Below are positions 11,002-21,600 of a stretch of 64,000 nucleotides of DNA, piece after piece (the first letter of the stretch is position 1; every line of letters begins with the position of its first letter). Position numbers and translations under genes: made by a program. The DNA is from Candidatus Sericytochromatia bacterium (GTDB taxonomy: Bacteria; Cyanobacteriota; Sericytochromatia; UBA7694; JACMQJ01): assembly GCA_026004035.1 (NCBI GenBank), contig BPII01000011.1, forward strand, positions 11,416-75,415. Reading direction: 5' to 3'. The notes beneath the pieces were generated by a model. It searched no databases, was not told the origin of the DNA, and saw nothing but the letters and a program-made list of their open reading frames with translations.

Positions 11002-11095
11002 AAAATTCTCCTTTTCACAGTTAAAACACCTGTGCTACTAATCTTTAACCAACTTAACTTAGTTGGACTGTGCAGATTATAAACATAGCACATGT
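11002..11095 (-). promoter_or_regulatory. Structured 5' leader of rpsB (candidate autoregulatory element)
   Basis: The RNA sense contains GUGCUA...UAGCAC (6 bp) enclosing the hairpin CCAACU-AAGUUA-AGUUGG. A second hairpin, CACAG-N9-CUGUG, abuts the SD, and an upstream second CACAG copy could compete for the CUGUG strand. The region is relatively GC-rich within an AT-rich spacer. Confidence 0.3.
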
Positions 11096-11236
11096 TTTAA
11101 AATAATAACAATTTATGATTATATCATAGTTACTAAAATTTTTTTTTTAAAAGATATTATTTTTTGTTAATAAAAATATACTTATATGCAATAAAAAATA
11201 AGTTATTTTGATATAATTTTAATAAATCAGGAGTTT

Positions 11237-11614
11237 TTGAAAGGATTATTTTTGTTTCCAAGTAATGATATTAATTATTTCTTTTTTAAGAATATATCAA
11301 AGTCTGAATTTAAAATATTTATAGAAAAAATAAATAATTTTTTAAATAAAGAAAATATTAATAAAGTTTTAAGTTTAATTACTAACAATAATAATTTTTC
11401 TAATTATCAAAAAATAATAATAATTATATTTCTAGATTTGTCAGGAAATATAAAAGAATGTTCAAAATTAGTAGATTCTTTTGAAGAAGATTTTTTACTA
11501 GAAATAGTAAAAGAAAAGTTTATATATAATAAATTATCTAGAAATATAAAACAATTAATAATAAACAAATTATCAAATAGTAAGTGGATTTCTAATTATA
11601 AAGGTTCTTTATGA
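11237..11614 (+). CDS. Hypothetical protein
   Basis: 125-aa ORF with a TTG start. No recognisable motif. Its 3' end overlaps the convergent TPR gene by 19 nt. Confidence 0.35.
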   Translation: MKGLFLFPSNDINYFFFKNISKSEFKIFIEKINNFLNKENINKVLSLITNNNNFSNYQKIIIIIFLDLSGNIKECSKLVDSFEEDFLLEIVKEKFIYNKLSRNIKQLIINKLSNSKWISNYKGSL

Positions 11615-12513
11615 TTTTCCTCTTCAATTTCTTTTTCTATTAGAGAAATTTTTTCTCTTGCATTAATATCTTTAGGATTCATCTTCAAAATTACCTTATA
11701 TTCCTCGAGAGAATTTTTTATAAATCCTGTTTGAAAGTATATTAAAGCTAACTCATTTCTTAAGTTTAAATTTCCAGGATCAGATTTTATAGCTTCATAA
11801 ATATCTTTAATTTTACTTCTCAATTTTCTTCTTTTTCTATGTGCCATTCCCATAAATTTTTGTGTTTCTTGATCGCTTGGTTCATATCTTATTGCTTCTT
11901 CAAAATATATAAGTGATTTATCTAATCTACCTAATGCTAAATAAGCTACACCTAAATTCTTATAACTTATAGCATCCATCGGATCTATTTCTATAACTTT
12001 TTTATAGCATTCAATAGCTAAATCTATTTTTCCAATTGAATAATAGACATTTCCTAAATTTATTAAAGCACTTGTAAAATTAGGATTTAAGCTTATTGCC
12101 TTTTTATAATATTCAATAGCTTTTTCATTTTTAGATTGCTCTTTATAAACTATTGCTAAGTTATAATATGCAAGAACAAAATTTGAATCTAATTCTAATG
12201 CTTTTTCATAAGCTTTTATTGCTTGTATGTACATTAATTTGTTTTTATAAGCCACACCTAGAAGATTATGATAGAAAGGATCATTAGGATTTTCTTTTAC
12301 TTTGTTTTTAGCATTTTCTAGTTCTATATCAAGATGACTTTTATTTAATAAAGTTCTATTAATTTTATTTTTTGTAGATTTTGAAAGAGTAGTACTTTTA
12401 ATCTGTTTTTGAGAATTTACTGATTTTATAGGAGTTGTTTTAGATATTTTTGATACTATAGCTTTTTTAGGTGAATTATTATCAGAATTTTGATTTCTTT
12501 TTACAACTGCCAT
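11596..12513 (-). CDS. TPR-repeat protein
   Basis: Several canonical TPR units (e.g. AYYNLAIVYKEQSKNEKAIEYYKKAISLNPNF) follow a basic S/T/K-rich N-terminus. Confidence 0.8.
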   Translation of the reverse strand: MAVVKRNQNSDNNSPKKAIVSKISKTTPIKSVNSQKQIKSTTLSKSTKNKINRTLLNKSHLDIELENAKNKVKENPNDPFYHNLLGVAYKNKLMYIQAIKAYEKALELDSNFVLAYYNLAIVYKEQSKNEKAIEYYKKAISLNPNFTSALINLGNVYYSIGKIDLAIECYKKVIEIDPMDAISYKNLGVAYLALGRLDKSLIYFEEAIRYEPSDQETQKFMGMAHRKRRKLRSKIKDIYEAIKSDPGNLNLRNELALIYFQTGFIKNSLEEYKVILKMNPKDINAREKISLIEKEIEEENHKEPL

Positions 12514-12520
12514 AATAATA

Positions 12521-13978
12521 TTATATAGGTAATTCTTTGTTTAAATTCAAAGATTTTTCTAAATTATAAGCTATCTTATATAAAGTTCCTTCTCCAAGTG
12601 GATTTGCCATAAATTGTATTCCTATTGGTAGATTATTATTATCAAAACCGCAAGGGATAGATATAGCAGGTATGCCAGCTAAATTAACAATAACCGTCAT
12701 TATATCTGTTAAATACATACTTATAGGATCAGATTTTTCACCTTTTTTAAATGCTGTATTAGCAACTGTAGGAGAAACTATGACATCGTATTTTGAAAAA
12801 ATACTTTTTAGTTCATTTATCAAAAGTGTTCTAAATTGTAATGCTTTTTTATAGTAAGCATCATAATATCCAGCACTTAATACATAAGTGCCTAACATTA
12901 TTCTTCTTTTTACCTCTTCACCAAAACCTTCACTTCTTGTTTTTAAATATAATTCTTCTAAATTATTAACATTATCTTTTGTTCTGTAACCATACTTTAC
13001 ACCGTCATATCTTGCAAGGTTTGAGCTAGCTTCGGCTGTAGCTATTATATAATAAGCAGCTAAACTATATTTAACTAAAGGTAATGATATTTCTTCAATA
13101 TTAGCTCCCATATCTTCTAACTTTTTTAGTGAATTCTCAACAGATTCTTTAACCTCATTATTTAAACCATCTTCAAACATTTCTTTTGGAACAGCAATTT
13201 TCATTCCTTTTATATCATCTTTTAAAAATGTTGTATAATCAGGTAACTGAACATTAACAGATGTAGAATCTTTTTTATCATATCCAGCTATTACATTTAA
13301 TAATAAAGCATTATCATAAACATTTCTTGAAAATGGACCTATTTGATCTAGAGATGATGCAAAAGCTATAAGTCCATATCTAGAAACTAGCCCATAAGTC
13401 GGTTTCATTCCTACTAATCCACAAAAAGAAGCTGGTAATCTTATACTTCCTCCTGTATCAGAACCTAGAGAAATAGGACTTTCAAATGATGCAACAGCAA
13501 CAGCACTACCCCCACTGCTACCGCCTGGTACTCTTTCTAAATCCCAAGGATTAGAAACACTAGAAAAAGCTGAATTTTCATTTGATGAACCCATAGCAAA
13601 TTCATCCATGTTAGTTTTTCCAATAAGTATCATATTATTTTGCAAAATTTTATCATAAACAGTTGCATTATATACAGGTACAAAATTTGATAAAATCTTT
13701 GATGAACAAGTTGTAAGTATTCCTTCTGTGCAAATATTATCTTTTATTGCAATAGGAATACCTGCAAGATCTGGTAAGTCTTCATTTTTAGCTATTTTAT
13801 TATCAATAACTTTAGCATCTTCTAATGCTTTTTTTTCTAAAACAAGATTAAATGCTTTTAATCTATCCTCTACATTATTAATCCTTTCTAAAAAACTTCT
13901 TACTATATCAGTACAACTTAATTCTTTATTTTTTAATTTACTAACTAAATCTTTGACTGAAAGTTTATATATTTCCAC
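12521..13978 (-). CDS. gatA: Glutamyl-tRNA(Gln) amidotransferase subunit A
   Basis: Amidase signature GGSSGGSAVAVA...GSDTGGSIRLPASFCG. 485 aa. Confidence 0.92.
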   Translation of the reverse strand: MEIYKLSVKDLVSKLKNKELSCTDIVRSFLERINNVEDRLKAFNLVLEKKALEDAKVIDNKIAKNEDLPDLAGIPIAIKDNICTEGILTTCSSKILSNFVPVYNATVYDKILQNNMILIGKTNMDEFAMGSSNENSAFSSVSNPWDLERVPGGSSGGSAVAVASFESPISLGSDTGGSIRLPASFCGLVGMKPTYGLVSRYGLIAFASSLDQIGPFSRNVYDNALLLNVIAGYDKKDSTSVNVQLPDYTTFLKDDIKGMKIAVPKEMFEDGLNNEVKESVENSLKKLEDMGANIEEISLPLVKYSLAAYYIIATAEASSNLARYDGVKYGYRTKDNVNNLEELYLKTRSEGFGEEVKRRIMLGTYVLSAGYYDAYYKKALQFRTLLINELKSIFSKYDVIVSPTVANTAFKKGEKSDPISMYLTDIMTVIVNLAGIPAISIPCGFDNNNLPIGIQFMANPLGEGTLYKIAYNLEKSLNLNKELPI

Positions 13979-14069
13979 TTTATAACCCCTTAAAAATTTT
14001 ATTGTTTTAAATTCTATATTAAAATATAGACACTAGCAAGTTAGAAAAAATATTTTTTATTTTTTAAAT

Positions 14070-16444
14070 ATGGAAAATAATCAAAAACTTTTAAGAATTT
14101 TAGAAAAAAATTATAAGCTAGAAAGACAAATAGGATCTGGTGGTATGGGTATTGTCTTTCTTGCAACAGATAAAAGATTAGAAAGAAAAGTAGCTATAAA
14201 AGTTTTGAAATTATCAGAAAATAATCAAGACTCAGGAATATCTAAAGAGGAAGTTCTAGAAAGGTTTCTTAGAGAAGCTAGATCAATAGCAAAGTTATCC
14301 CATCCAAATATAGTAAATATATTTGATATAGGAAATGAAGATGAAGTCTATTATATGGTTATGGAATATGTAGATGGATTTGTTTTATCTGACATTCTTA
14401 ATCAAAAAGAAAAAATAGATTATTCGGTTATACTTAATATAATTGTTCAAATTTGTAGTGCTTTAGATTTTGCTCATGAAAATGGAATAATACACAGAGA
14501 TATAAAACCAGCAAATATTATTGTTAGTAAAAAAGGTATAGCAAAATTAATGGATTTTGGAATAGCTACATTAAATAATAAAAAAGAAGCTTATAAACTA
14601 ACTCAAGCAGGTTCTATACTTGGAAGTATTATGTATATTTCACCAGAACAACTTAATGGATTCTAGTGCTGTTACTCCTCAAAGTGATATTTACTCTTTG
14701 GGAATAACTCTTTATGAACTATTAACAGGAGAATTACCTTTTATGTCTGACTCAATAAGTCAAATTGTTTTAAAAATTCTCTCCGAAATGCCTGAAAAAC
14801 CAAGTAAAATAAACCCTGAAATACCTAAAGAACTTGATGATATAATATTTAAAGCTATAAATAAAAAAGCTTCTGAAAGATACCTAAGTGCTTTAGATTT
14901 TGCTAATGATTTAAAAAAATTTATTATTGATTTTGACACAAACTTTATTATACAAAATAATGTAAATAATTCTCATAAAAACCAACAAACAATATTAATT
15001 AATTCTTATAAAGAGGAAAAAACTAGATAATTCTACAGTAATAATTACAAATAAGTTAACTGATACATTAACAAAATTAAAAGAAACAAATACCATAAAA
15101 ACAAAAATAAATGAACAACTAATAAATTCATTAGAAAATGATTTATCATGGATTAAAAATTTAATTTGTGATTGGGAAATAATAAAATCAAATAATAGTA
15201 TTAATGATTTTTTAGAAAAAAAACTTTCTGCAATTATATTAATAAATAATGAAATATTTTTATTTGTTTATGAAGGATTTACAATAGGAGCAGTTAATTC
15301 TGCTAATAGATTACAAGGTCAAGATGTATTTGATAATTTACCAATTGAATATGAAATGACAATATATGTTTCTCCAGAAGATAAATCTTATTTTCCTTTA
15401 ATAATATCAACATTATTTAATTATGAAACACCAATAGATATAAATGTCGATTCTTTAACTGTAGATGTAAGACCTTTAATAGATTCTTTATCATCTAAAG
15501 AAAATCCCTTTACAGGTATAGTCAAATGTTATATTGAAAGTAATATAATATATTATGGTTATTATAAAGGCAAACAAGTATTTAATGTATTAGCTGATAT
15601 TGAAGACGATATTGAAGAAGAAAACTACAAAGATATTAATGTCTTGATATTATATTCTGGAACTTTAATAAATACTTATCCTGTTAAAATAAGTCTTATT
15701 GGACCAAATTTAATAAATCTTTTTAAGGATACTATTATCTTATTGAAATATAACGATAATAATAATAAAAAATTAATTGATATTCTTGATTTAGGAAATG
15801 AAGAAGCACCTAACTTTCTAGTTAAAGAAGTTAAAAATAATACCAACTTAATTATTGAAAATAATAATAAATTTTTAAAAATATTTGATACTGAAATAGA
15901 TACATTAAAAACTATAAAAGAGAGTATTTACTATAAATTTTGTAATTGGCTTATAAATGAATATTTTTATAATATTAATTCTTCATTAAACACATTATCA
16001 TTTAAACCGATATATTCTTTAATACCTTATATAAATAAATTTACTTTTTATCAAAGTTTAAATAATTACTCATTTGAATTTCCTATTTTAATTAAAGGTA
16101 AGTTTAAAAATGATGAAAAGATATTTTTTATTGTTAAAATAGGTAATGGAAGTATACAAGAAGTTAATAAATTTTTAGAAGATATTATCAATTTAAAAAA
16201 CAACTATTTTCTTAAGTCTATTGATTTATCAGGATCATTTTATATATCACTAAGTAAATATGAAAATTATTCTTTAAAAGAATTTTTAGAAAAAACACAG
16301 GATAATAAAAAATCTTTTTTTAGTTTAGATAATACATACAAGTATAAAGGATTTATAAAACTTGGTTATAATAAAGGTATTCAATTACAATTTTTAGAAT
16401 ATATAAACAATAAATTTGAATTAATTGAACCTAAACTACTTTAG
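14070..16444 (+). pseudogene. Ser/Thr protein kinase fused to a ~470-aa uncharacterised C-terminal region, broken by two +1 frameshifts
   Basis: Segment 1 (14070-14666) carries GSGGMGIVF, AIK, HRDIKPANI, DFG and SPEQ. Segment 2 (14620-15030) continues with SDIYSLGITLYELLTG. A stop-free in-frame stretch of more than 100 codons runs from about 15031 into track ORF 15356-16444 and has no ATG/GTG/TTG of its own. The second shift maps to an A6 run at 15017-15022. Confidence 0.75.
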
Positions 16445-16691
16445 GATAAACACTTACTTTTTTTCTTTTAGCACCCATTCTTTCAAAAGCTACAACACCA
16501 TCTATTAAAGAAAATATTGTATAATCTTTACCTAAACCAACATTTTTACCAGGATGAAACTTTGTTCCTCTTTGTCTTACTATAATATTACCTGCTACTA
16601 CGCTTTGACCACCATATACTTTAACACCTAGTCTTTTAGATTCACTATCTCTACCATTTTTTGTACTACCTACGCCTTTTTTATGTGCCAT
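16431..16691 (-). CDS. rpmA: 50S ribosomal protein L27
   Basis: [24 protein letters not shown]... Confidence 0.97.
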   Translation of the reverse strand: MAHKKGVGSTKNGRDSESKRLGVKVYGGQSVVAGNIIVRQRGTKFHPGKNVGLGKDYTIFSLIDGVVAFERMGAKRKKVSVYPKVV

Positions 16692-16706
16692 TTTAAATCT
16701 CCTTTA

Positions 16707-17018
16707 TTAAGCTAAAATTTTTTCTATTAAAACTCTAGTAAATGGTTGTCTATGACCATTTTTTCTTCTATAATGTTTTTTAGGTCTCATTTTATAAACA
16801 ATAACTTTTTTATGTTTATCTTGCTTTAAAACTTTACCTAAAACTTTAGCATTTTCTAAATTAGGATTTCCTAATTTAACATTACTACCATCTGATATTA
16901 ACAAAACTTCTTTAAATTCAACTTGCTGTTCCAAATCATTTGGTAGTTTTTCAACATCTATAAATTTACCTTCTTCAACTTTGTATTGCTTACCACCTGT
17001 TTTTATAATGGCATACAT
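16707..17018 (-). CDS. rplU: 50S ribosomal protein L21
   Basis: MYAIIKTGGKQYKVEEG... Confidence 0.97.
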   Translation of the reverse strand: MYAIIKTGGKQYKVEEGKFIDVEKLPNDLEQQVEFKEVLLISDGSNVKLGNPNLENAKVLGKVLKQDKHKKVIVYKMRPKKHYRRKNGHRQPFTRVLIEKILA

Positions 17019-17110
17019 AAATAAAACTCCTTTTTAACAAAAAATAACGCTACGGATGGTGGGTTATATCCTCTTTTATTTACCATACATAAGCGACTAA
17101 AAATAATTAT
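17019..17110 (-). promoter_or_regulatory. Candidate structured leader upstream of rplU-rpmA
   Basis: A GC-rich island lies in an AT-rich spacer. RNA-sense CGCUUAUGUAUGGU...ACCAUCCGUAGCG (17047-17096) forms a hairpin of about 12 bp with a 21-nt A-rich loop, about 28 nt upstream of the start codon. Confidence 0.3.
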
Positions 17111-17154
17111 ATTAACATTATTAATTTATAAATTAAACAAATATTAATAAATCT

Positions 17155-17545
17155 TTAACTTAAAAACTCGTTTATTGATTTTACTAATTCTCCAGTATTA
17201 ACTGGAATAATAAAATGTTTAATACTTAAATTTGATATTTTTTTTTGATTTGTAACATTATCTTCAAAAGCTTGTGAAATAATTATTATTGGTAAATCTT
17301 TAAAATACTCATTATTTCTAATATGTTTAGCATAATCTATACTTTCTTCAAATGTTTCTTTTGAAATTATTACTAACTTTGGTTCATACATAAAAACTTT
17401 TGCAAGAAATTCTATAAATTCTTCTTCATATAAAATATAATAATCATTTATATTTTTTAAAGATTGTTCTATAAGCTTTTTACTTATCTCTAAGTCAATA
17501 GAAGCTAATATTTTTTTTTTATTTAGAATAGAAGGTTTTTTTCAT
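17155..17545 (-). CDS. Receiver-like (pseudo-receiver) domain protein; N-terminus offset by +1 at an A7 run
   Basis: The track ORF (78 aa) extends upstream in frame as KKPSILNKKKILASIDLEISKKLIEQ... with a CheY-like alternating pattern. An ATG at 17545 joins that frame only if the A7 run (17536-17542) is read as A6. The phospho-acceptor position reads LVIIS and the K-P position reads I-P. Confidence 0.45.
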
Positions 17546-17690
17546 AATTTATTTAATAATATTAAATTAATTATAGTAGAATATCAAATATTTAATAAAA
17601 CTTTGTTAATAAATTATTTAACTATGAATGTAGAAAGTTTTATTATCTAAATATAGGTTGGATAATAGTTTTTAAATTTTAGAGGATTAA

Positions 17691-18653
17691 ATGAGAAAAG
17701 AATTTTTAGGAATTCATAATTACTACTTATATAAAGATTCTGGCTTATTATTTAATAATATTAATATTTCGAAAAATATTAATTTAAGCGGACTAAGATT
17801 TTCTAGTTCAGAAGATCAAATGACAATAAGACTAAGAGGTAATATGTCATTTGAAGAAAAACTGGAGCAAATAAGAGCTATAACGGGAAATGATCCTAGA
17901 GTTGTTTTAGATAGGCAAACATTAGATGCTTTAGCTAGTGGTAAAGATGTGGCTATTCATATAGAGAAAAACACTGAAAGAAGAAACCTTCTAATAGGTT
18001 TAGGTTCTTTAGCAGCAATGCTTATTGGAGGAATAGCTGGAGCATCTTATAATAAAGAGTTAGCTAATGCTGTTGATGATAGAATAAAAGGGGATGTCGA
18101 TTTTATAAAAAGAAATCCTCATTGGGATATGAATCCTTTTGGTGGTGCTACAGCTACAAGATACAATATTACTGCTACTACTATTGATGAACCTAATAAT
18201 CCTAGTAGAACAGAGCCTAGTAAAAATTTTGATCAGTTAATAATAGAAAATATTAATAGAATTCAAAGAGAAATGGCAGTAAAACTTGGTATTAGAGCTG
18301 ATATAAATCCATTTGAAAGAGCGAAAAACTATGGTGGGAGGTTTAATGAAAGAAGTCATTTAAATACTTCTGTTTATACTTTGTCTCAAGAAGATATGCA
18401 AGATCCAGCTGTTGTAGCATATTTAAAATCAAAAGGACGTACCTTAAAAGTCGGTAGTCAATTAAGCGTGGAGGATGCTTTTCAAATAAATATGATTAAA
18501 ACATTTGGTCTTAATGTACTTCAATCAATGTCTACTGGTTTAAAAGATGGAGATGGATATGTTGCAGGCTTTTCTGATGAACTACTAAGAATGAATGATA
18601 AAGACTTATTAGAAAGAATAAATGCAATAAGAAGTTTTAAACGGATTAGGTAA
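17691..18653 (+). CDS. Hypothetical protein with one central TM helix
   Basis: 320-aa ORF. The hydrophobic segment is LLIGLGSLAAMLIGGIAGA. No family recognised. Sits immediately upstream of the 1092-aa ORF. Confidence 0.6.
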   Translation: MRKEFLGIHNYYLYKDSGLLFNNINISKNINLSGLRFSSSEDQMTIRLRGNMSFEEKLEQIRAITGNDPRVVLDRQTLDALASGKDVAIHIEKNTERRNLLIGLGSLAAMLIGGIAGASYNKELANAVDDRIKGDVDFIKRNPHWDMNPFGGATATRYNITATTIDEPNNPSRTEPSKNFDQLIIENINRIQREMAVKLGIRADINPFERAKNYGGRFNERSHLNTSVYTLSQEDMQDPAVVAYLKSKGRTLKVGSQLSVEDAFQINMIKTFGLNVLQSMSTGLKDGDGYVAGFSDELLRMNDKDLLERINAIRSFKRIR

Positions 18654-18675
18654 CATAAAACCTGAAGAATTTCAA

Positions 18676-21600
18676 TTGTTAAAAACTTATTTGAATAGAT
18701 TTTTTAGATCTAATATGCAAATGGCAGATACAGCTGGTCTTTTTGATAATGTTACACAAAATACATTGAGTCAATTAAGAGATAAAAATGGAAATAAAAT
18801 TAATGTTACAATGGAGCAATTTAATGAAATTCTACAAAAACTAAGAAATAATCCTGCTTCTTTAACAAATCAAGAACTTTATATATTAGCTAATGTTGCT
18901 GAAATAGGTTTAAAAGATGGTGGTTATAATAGACGACTTGGCAATATAGATGATGGATTTTGGGGTGCTCAACATATGACAAATATGCAAGCTGCTATAA
19001 GTGATAGGATGCAAATGATGGGTGACTCTGCAATAGTTTTAAATAAGTTTGCACGAGGAGAAGCTCTTAATGATCAAGAAAAAGAATTATTATTAAAAAT
19101 TTACAATATGGCAAATCCAAATGCTAAAATTTCAGATTTAAGTCAAGCTACAATTACAGGGATTAATAATACTTTTGATTTTATACAAAACCAAATTCAA
19201 AGAATTGTTGATGCTGTAAGTAAAACAGAAAAAGGAATGTTTGGTAGATTTAACACTGTACTCCAAGAAAATCTTAAAAGAGCTACAGGAATTATTGATC
19301 AAATAGGTAACGCTCAAGCAGTATTCAATTTAAATGCAAGTGGTAATATTATTGATGTTAATGATGATTTAAGAAATTTTTCAACAGTAGTAAGTGGGAT
19401 GATAAATCCAAAAGGTTTGACTAATGAACAAATACAAAAAGCAATAGAAACTTATAATGCTGCAAATCCAAATGCTCAAATTAAAGATTTAAGTCAAATG
19501 ACAGAAGAAGGTATTAATAATGTATATTCTTCTGTTTCAGCTTCAAGTTCTAGTTCTTCTATTGCTCAAAGTGCAGCTTCAATAACTTCACAATTAGAAG
19601 GCAATATTACAGTCTCTCAAGCTACAAAAGACAATCTTACAAAAAATTTTACAGAAGCTTTAGCAAATCAACTAAGAGCTAATTTAATAAATGGTTTTAC
19701 TAATCAAGAAATTCAAGTTGTAGCTATAGCTTTAGCTAAAAGTAATGGTGATATTGAGAAAGCAAAATCAATTTTAGGTAACAATACTAGTGCTATTTCA
19801 TTACTTGATAATATTTTCAATAGAAATAATCCTGCCTTAATAAATAATTTTCAAGCTGTTGGTAATTTGTTTAATAGATTAAATGAAGTTCAAACTGAAA
19901 AAGTAAATCTAAGAATAATTTCTTCTAATATGGAAAAAGCAGAAGCTATGATAGGAAGATTAAAAGGAAAAGAAGGAGAATATAATCTTGCTACTGCAAA
20001 AAGTTTATTTGATGGTATAAATCAAATAGAAAATCAATTAAAAGAGGCTTATGATGTTTCAGATATATCACAATTACCTCAAGATGTCCGTGATAGATTT
20101 AATAAATTAAAAGCAGATGCTAATAGTGTTATAAGAAGAATAGAAGAAGCCAATAATGGTACTCAAGTTGTTAGAAGTAATATAAGTTCAGTTAATCAAG
20201 CTAAACAGTCTGGATATAATACAGGTCAAACAGATGGTACTAACAATACTTCTAATGCAGGTCAAACAGATGGTACTAACAATACTTCTAATGCAGGTCA
20301 AACAGATGGTACTAATAATACTTCCAATACAGGTCAAACAGATGGTACTAACAATACTTCTAATGCAGGTCAAACAGATGGCACTAATAATACTTCCAAT
20401 ACAGGTCAAACAGATGGCACTAATAATACTTCCAATACAGGTCAAACAGATGGTACTAACAATACTTCTAATGCAGGTCAAACAGATGGCACTAATAATA
20501 CTTCCAATACAGGTCAAACAGATGGCACTAATAATACTTCCAATACAGGTCAAACAGATGGTACTAATAGTCAATCATCTTTTAATAAAGATGATAAATC
20601 TTTGGTAGAAAAAATATTAAATGATATTTTAGAAAATCAAGATTTATCTGATGTTGAAAAATTAGAAAAAGTTCAAGAATTAGGAAGAATTTATAGAAAT
20701 GGAAGTATATTTGCTAAAGCTGCTCTTGAAGAACTTTTAGAAAAAGGTAATGATATGATAAAACAAGAAGCAAGTGATCAACTAAATGGTTCTGGAAAAT
20801 TTTTAGAAAGTATGGATGCTATATCACAAGGCTTTACTAAATTATCAGCATTCTTTGATGAAATAGCTATTTTATTTTTTGCAATTGCTGATAAAATTAT
20901 GAAAAAAGCATTTCAAGAAGCACAATTTGACTATGGTTTTAGTGGTCAAAACAATGGTAGTATTGCTTCGCGATATAAAGATGGTGCAAATAGTCCTATT
21001 ACAGATATATATGTAAATATGAAAAAAATGTATAATGATTCTTATGCTGCTTGGATTAGTATGGCTCAGTATGAAGCTATTCTTGCTGGAGATGAGAAAA
21101 AAGTTCATAAATTATCAGAAAATATTAAAATAGCAGAAGAAAATTTTAAAGAAATGCTAAGAAATTTATATGAAGGTAATTCTCAAGAGATTAATGAACA
21201 ACTAAAGGATGCTGCTAATAAAGGTAATAGGTTGGCTAAATTTGCTATGGGATTACCTTCTTTATCATTTCAAAAATTAGGATTAAAAGTTGATTCAATA
21301 GAGCAAGCTATTAGTGAAGCAGGTAGAAATTTGAGAACAAATGATTATAAAGCTACAGCTAGATTGGCTAATGCTCTTAACAGAGGTGCTGATCCTAATA
21401 ATAGAGATCCAGATGCTATGTTTTACGCTGATAATCTAAATGCATACTTTGCCTCTAGAAATTCTCAAGATAATAATAATTATATACAAAGTCTTCAAGA
21501 AGTAGCAGTATCAAGAAACAGTAACTTTAATCAAAAAAATAGAGCTATAAGACAGATAAGAGATGAAGCAATAACAGGAAGACTAGAAAGAGCTGAAGAA

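Noticed and set aside
20188-20608. Track ORFs 20188-20574 (-) and 20234-20608 (+) across the tandem array
   Set aside because: These are alternative-frame and antisense readings of the 36-bp repeat inside the 1092-aa gene. Periodic sequence keeps all frames open artefactually.
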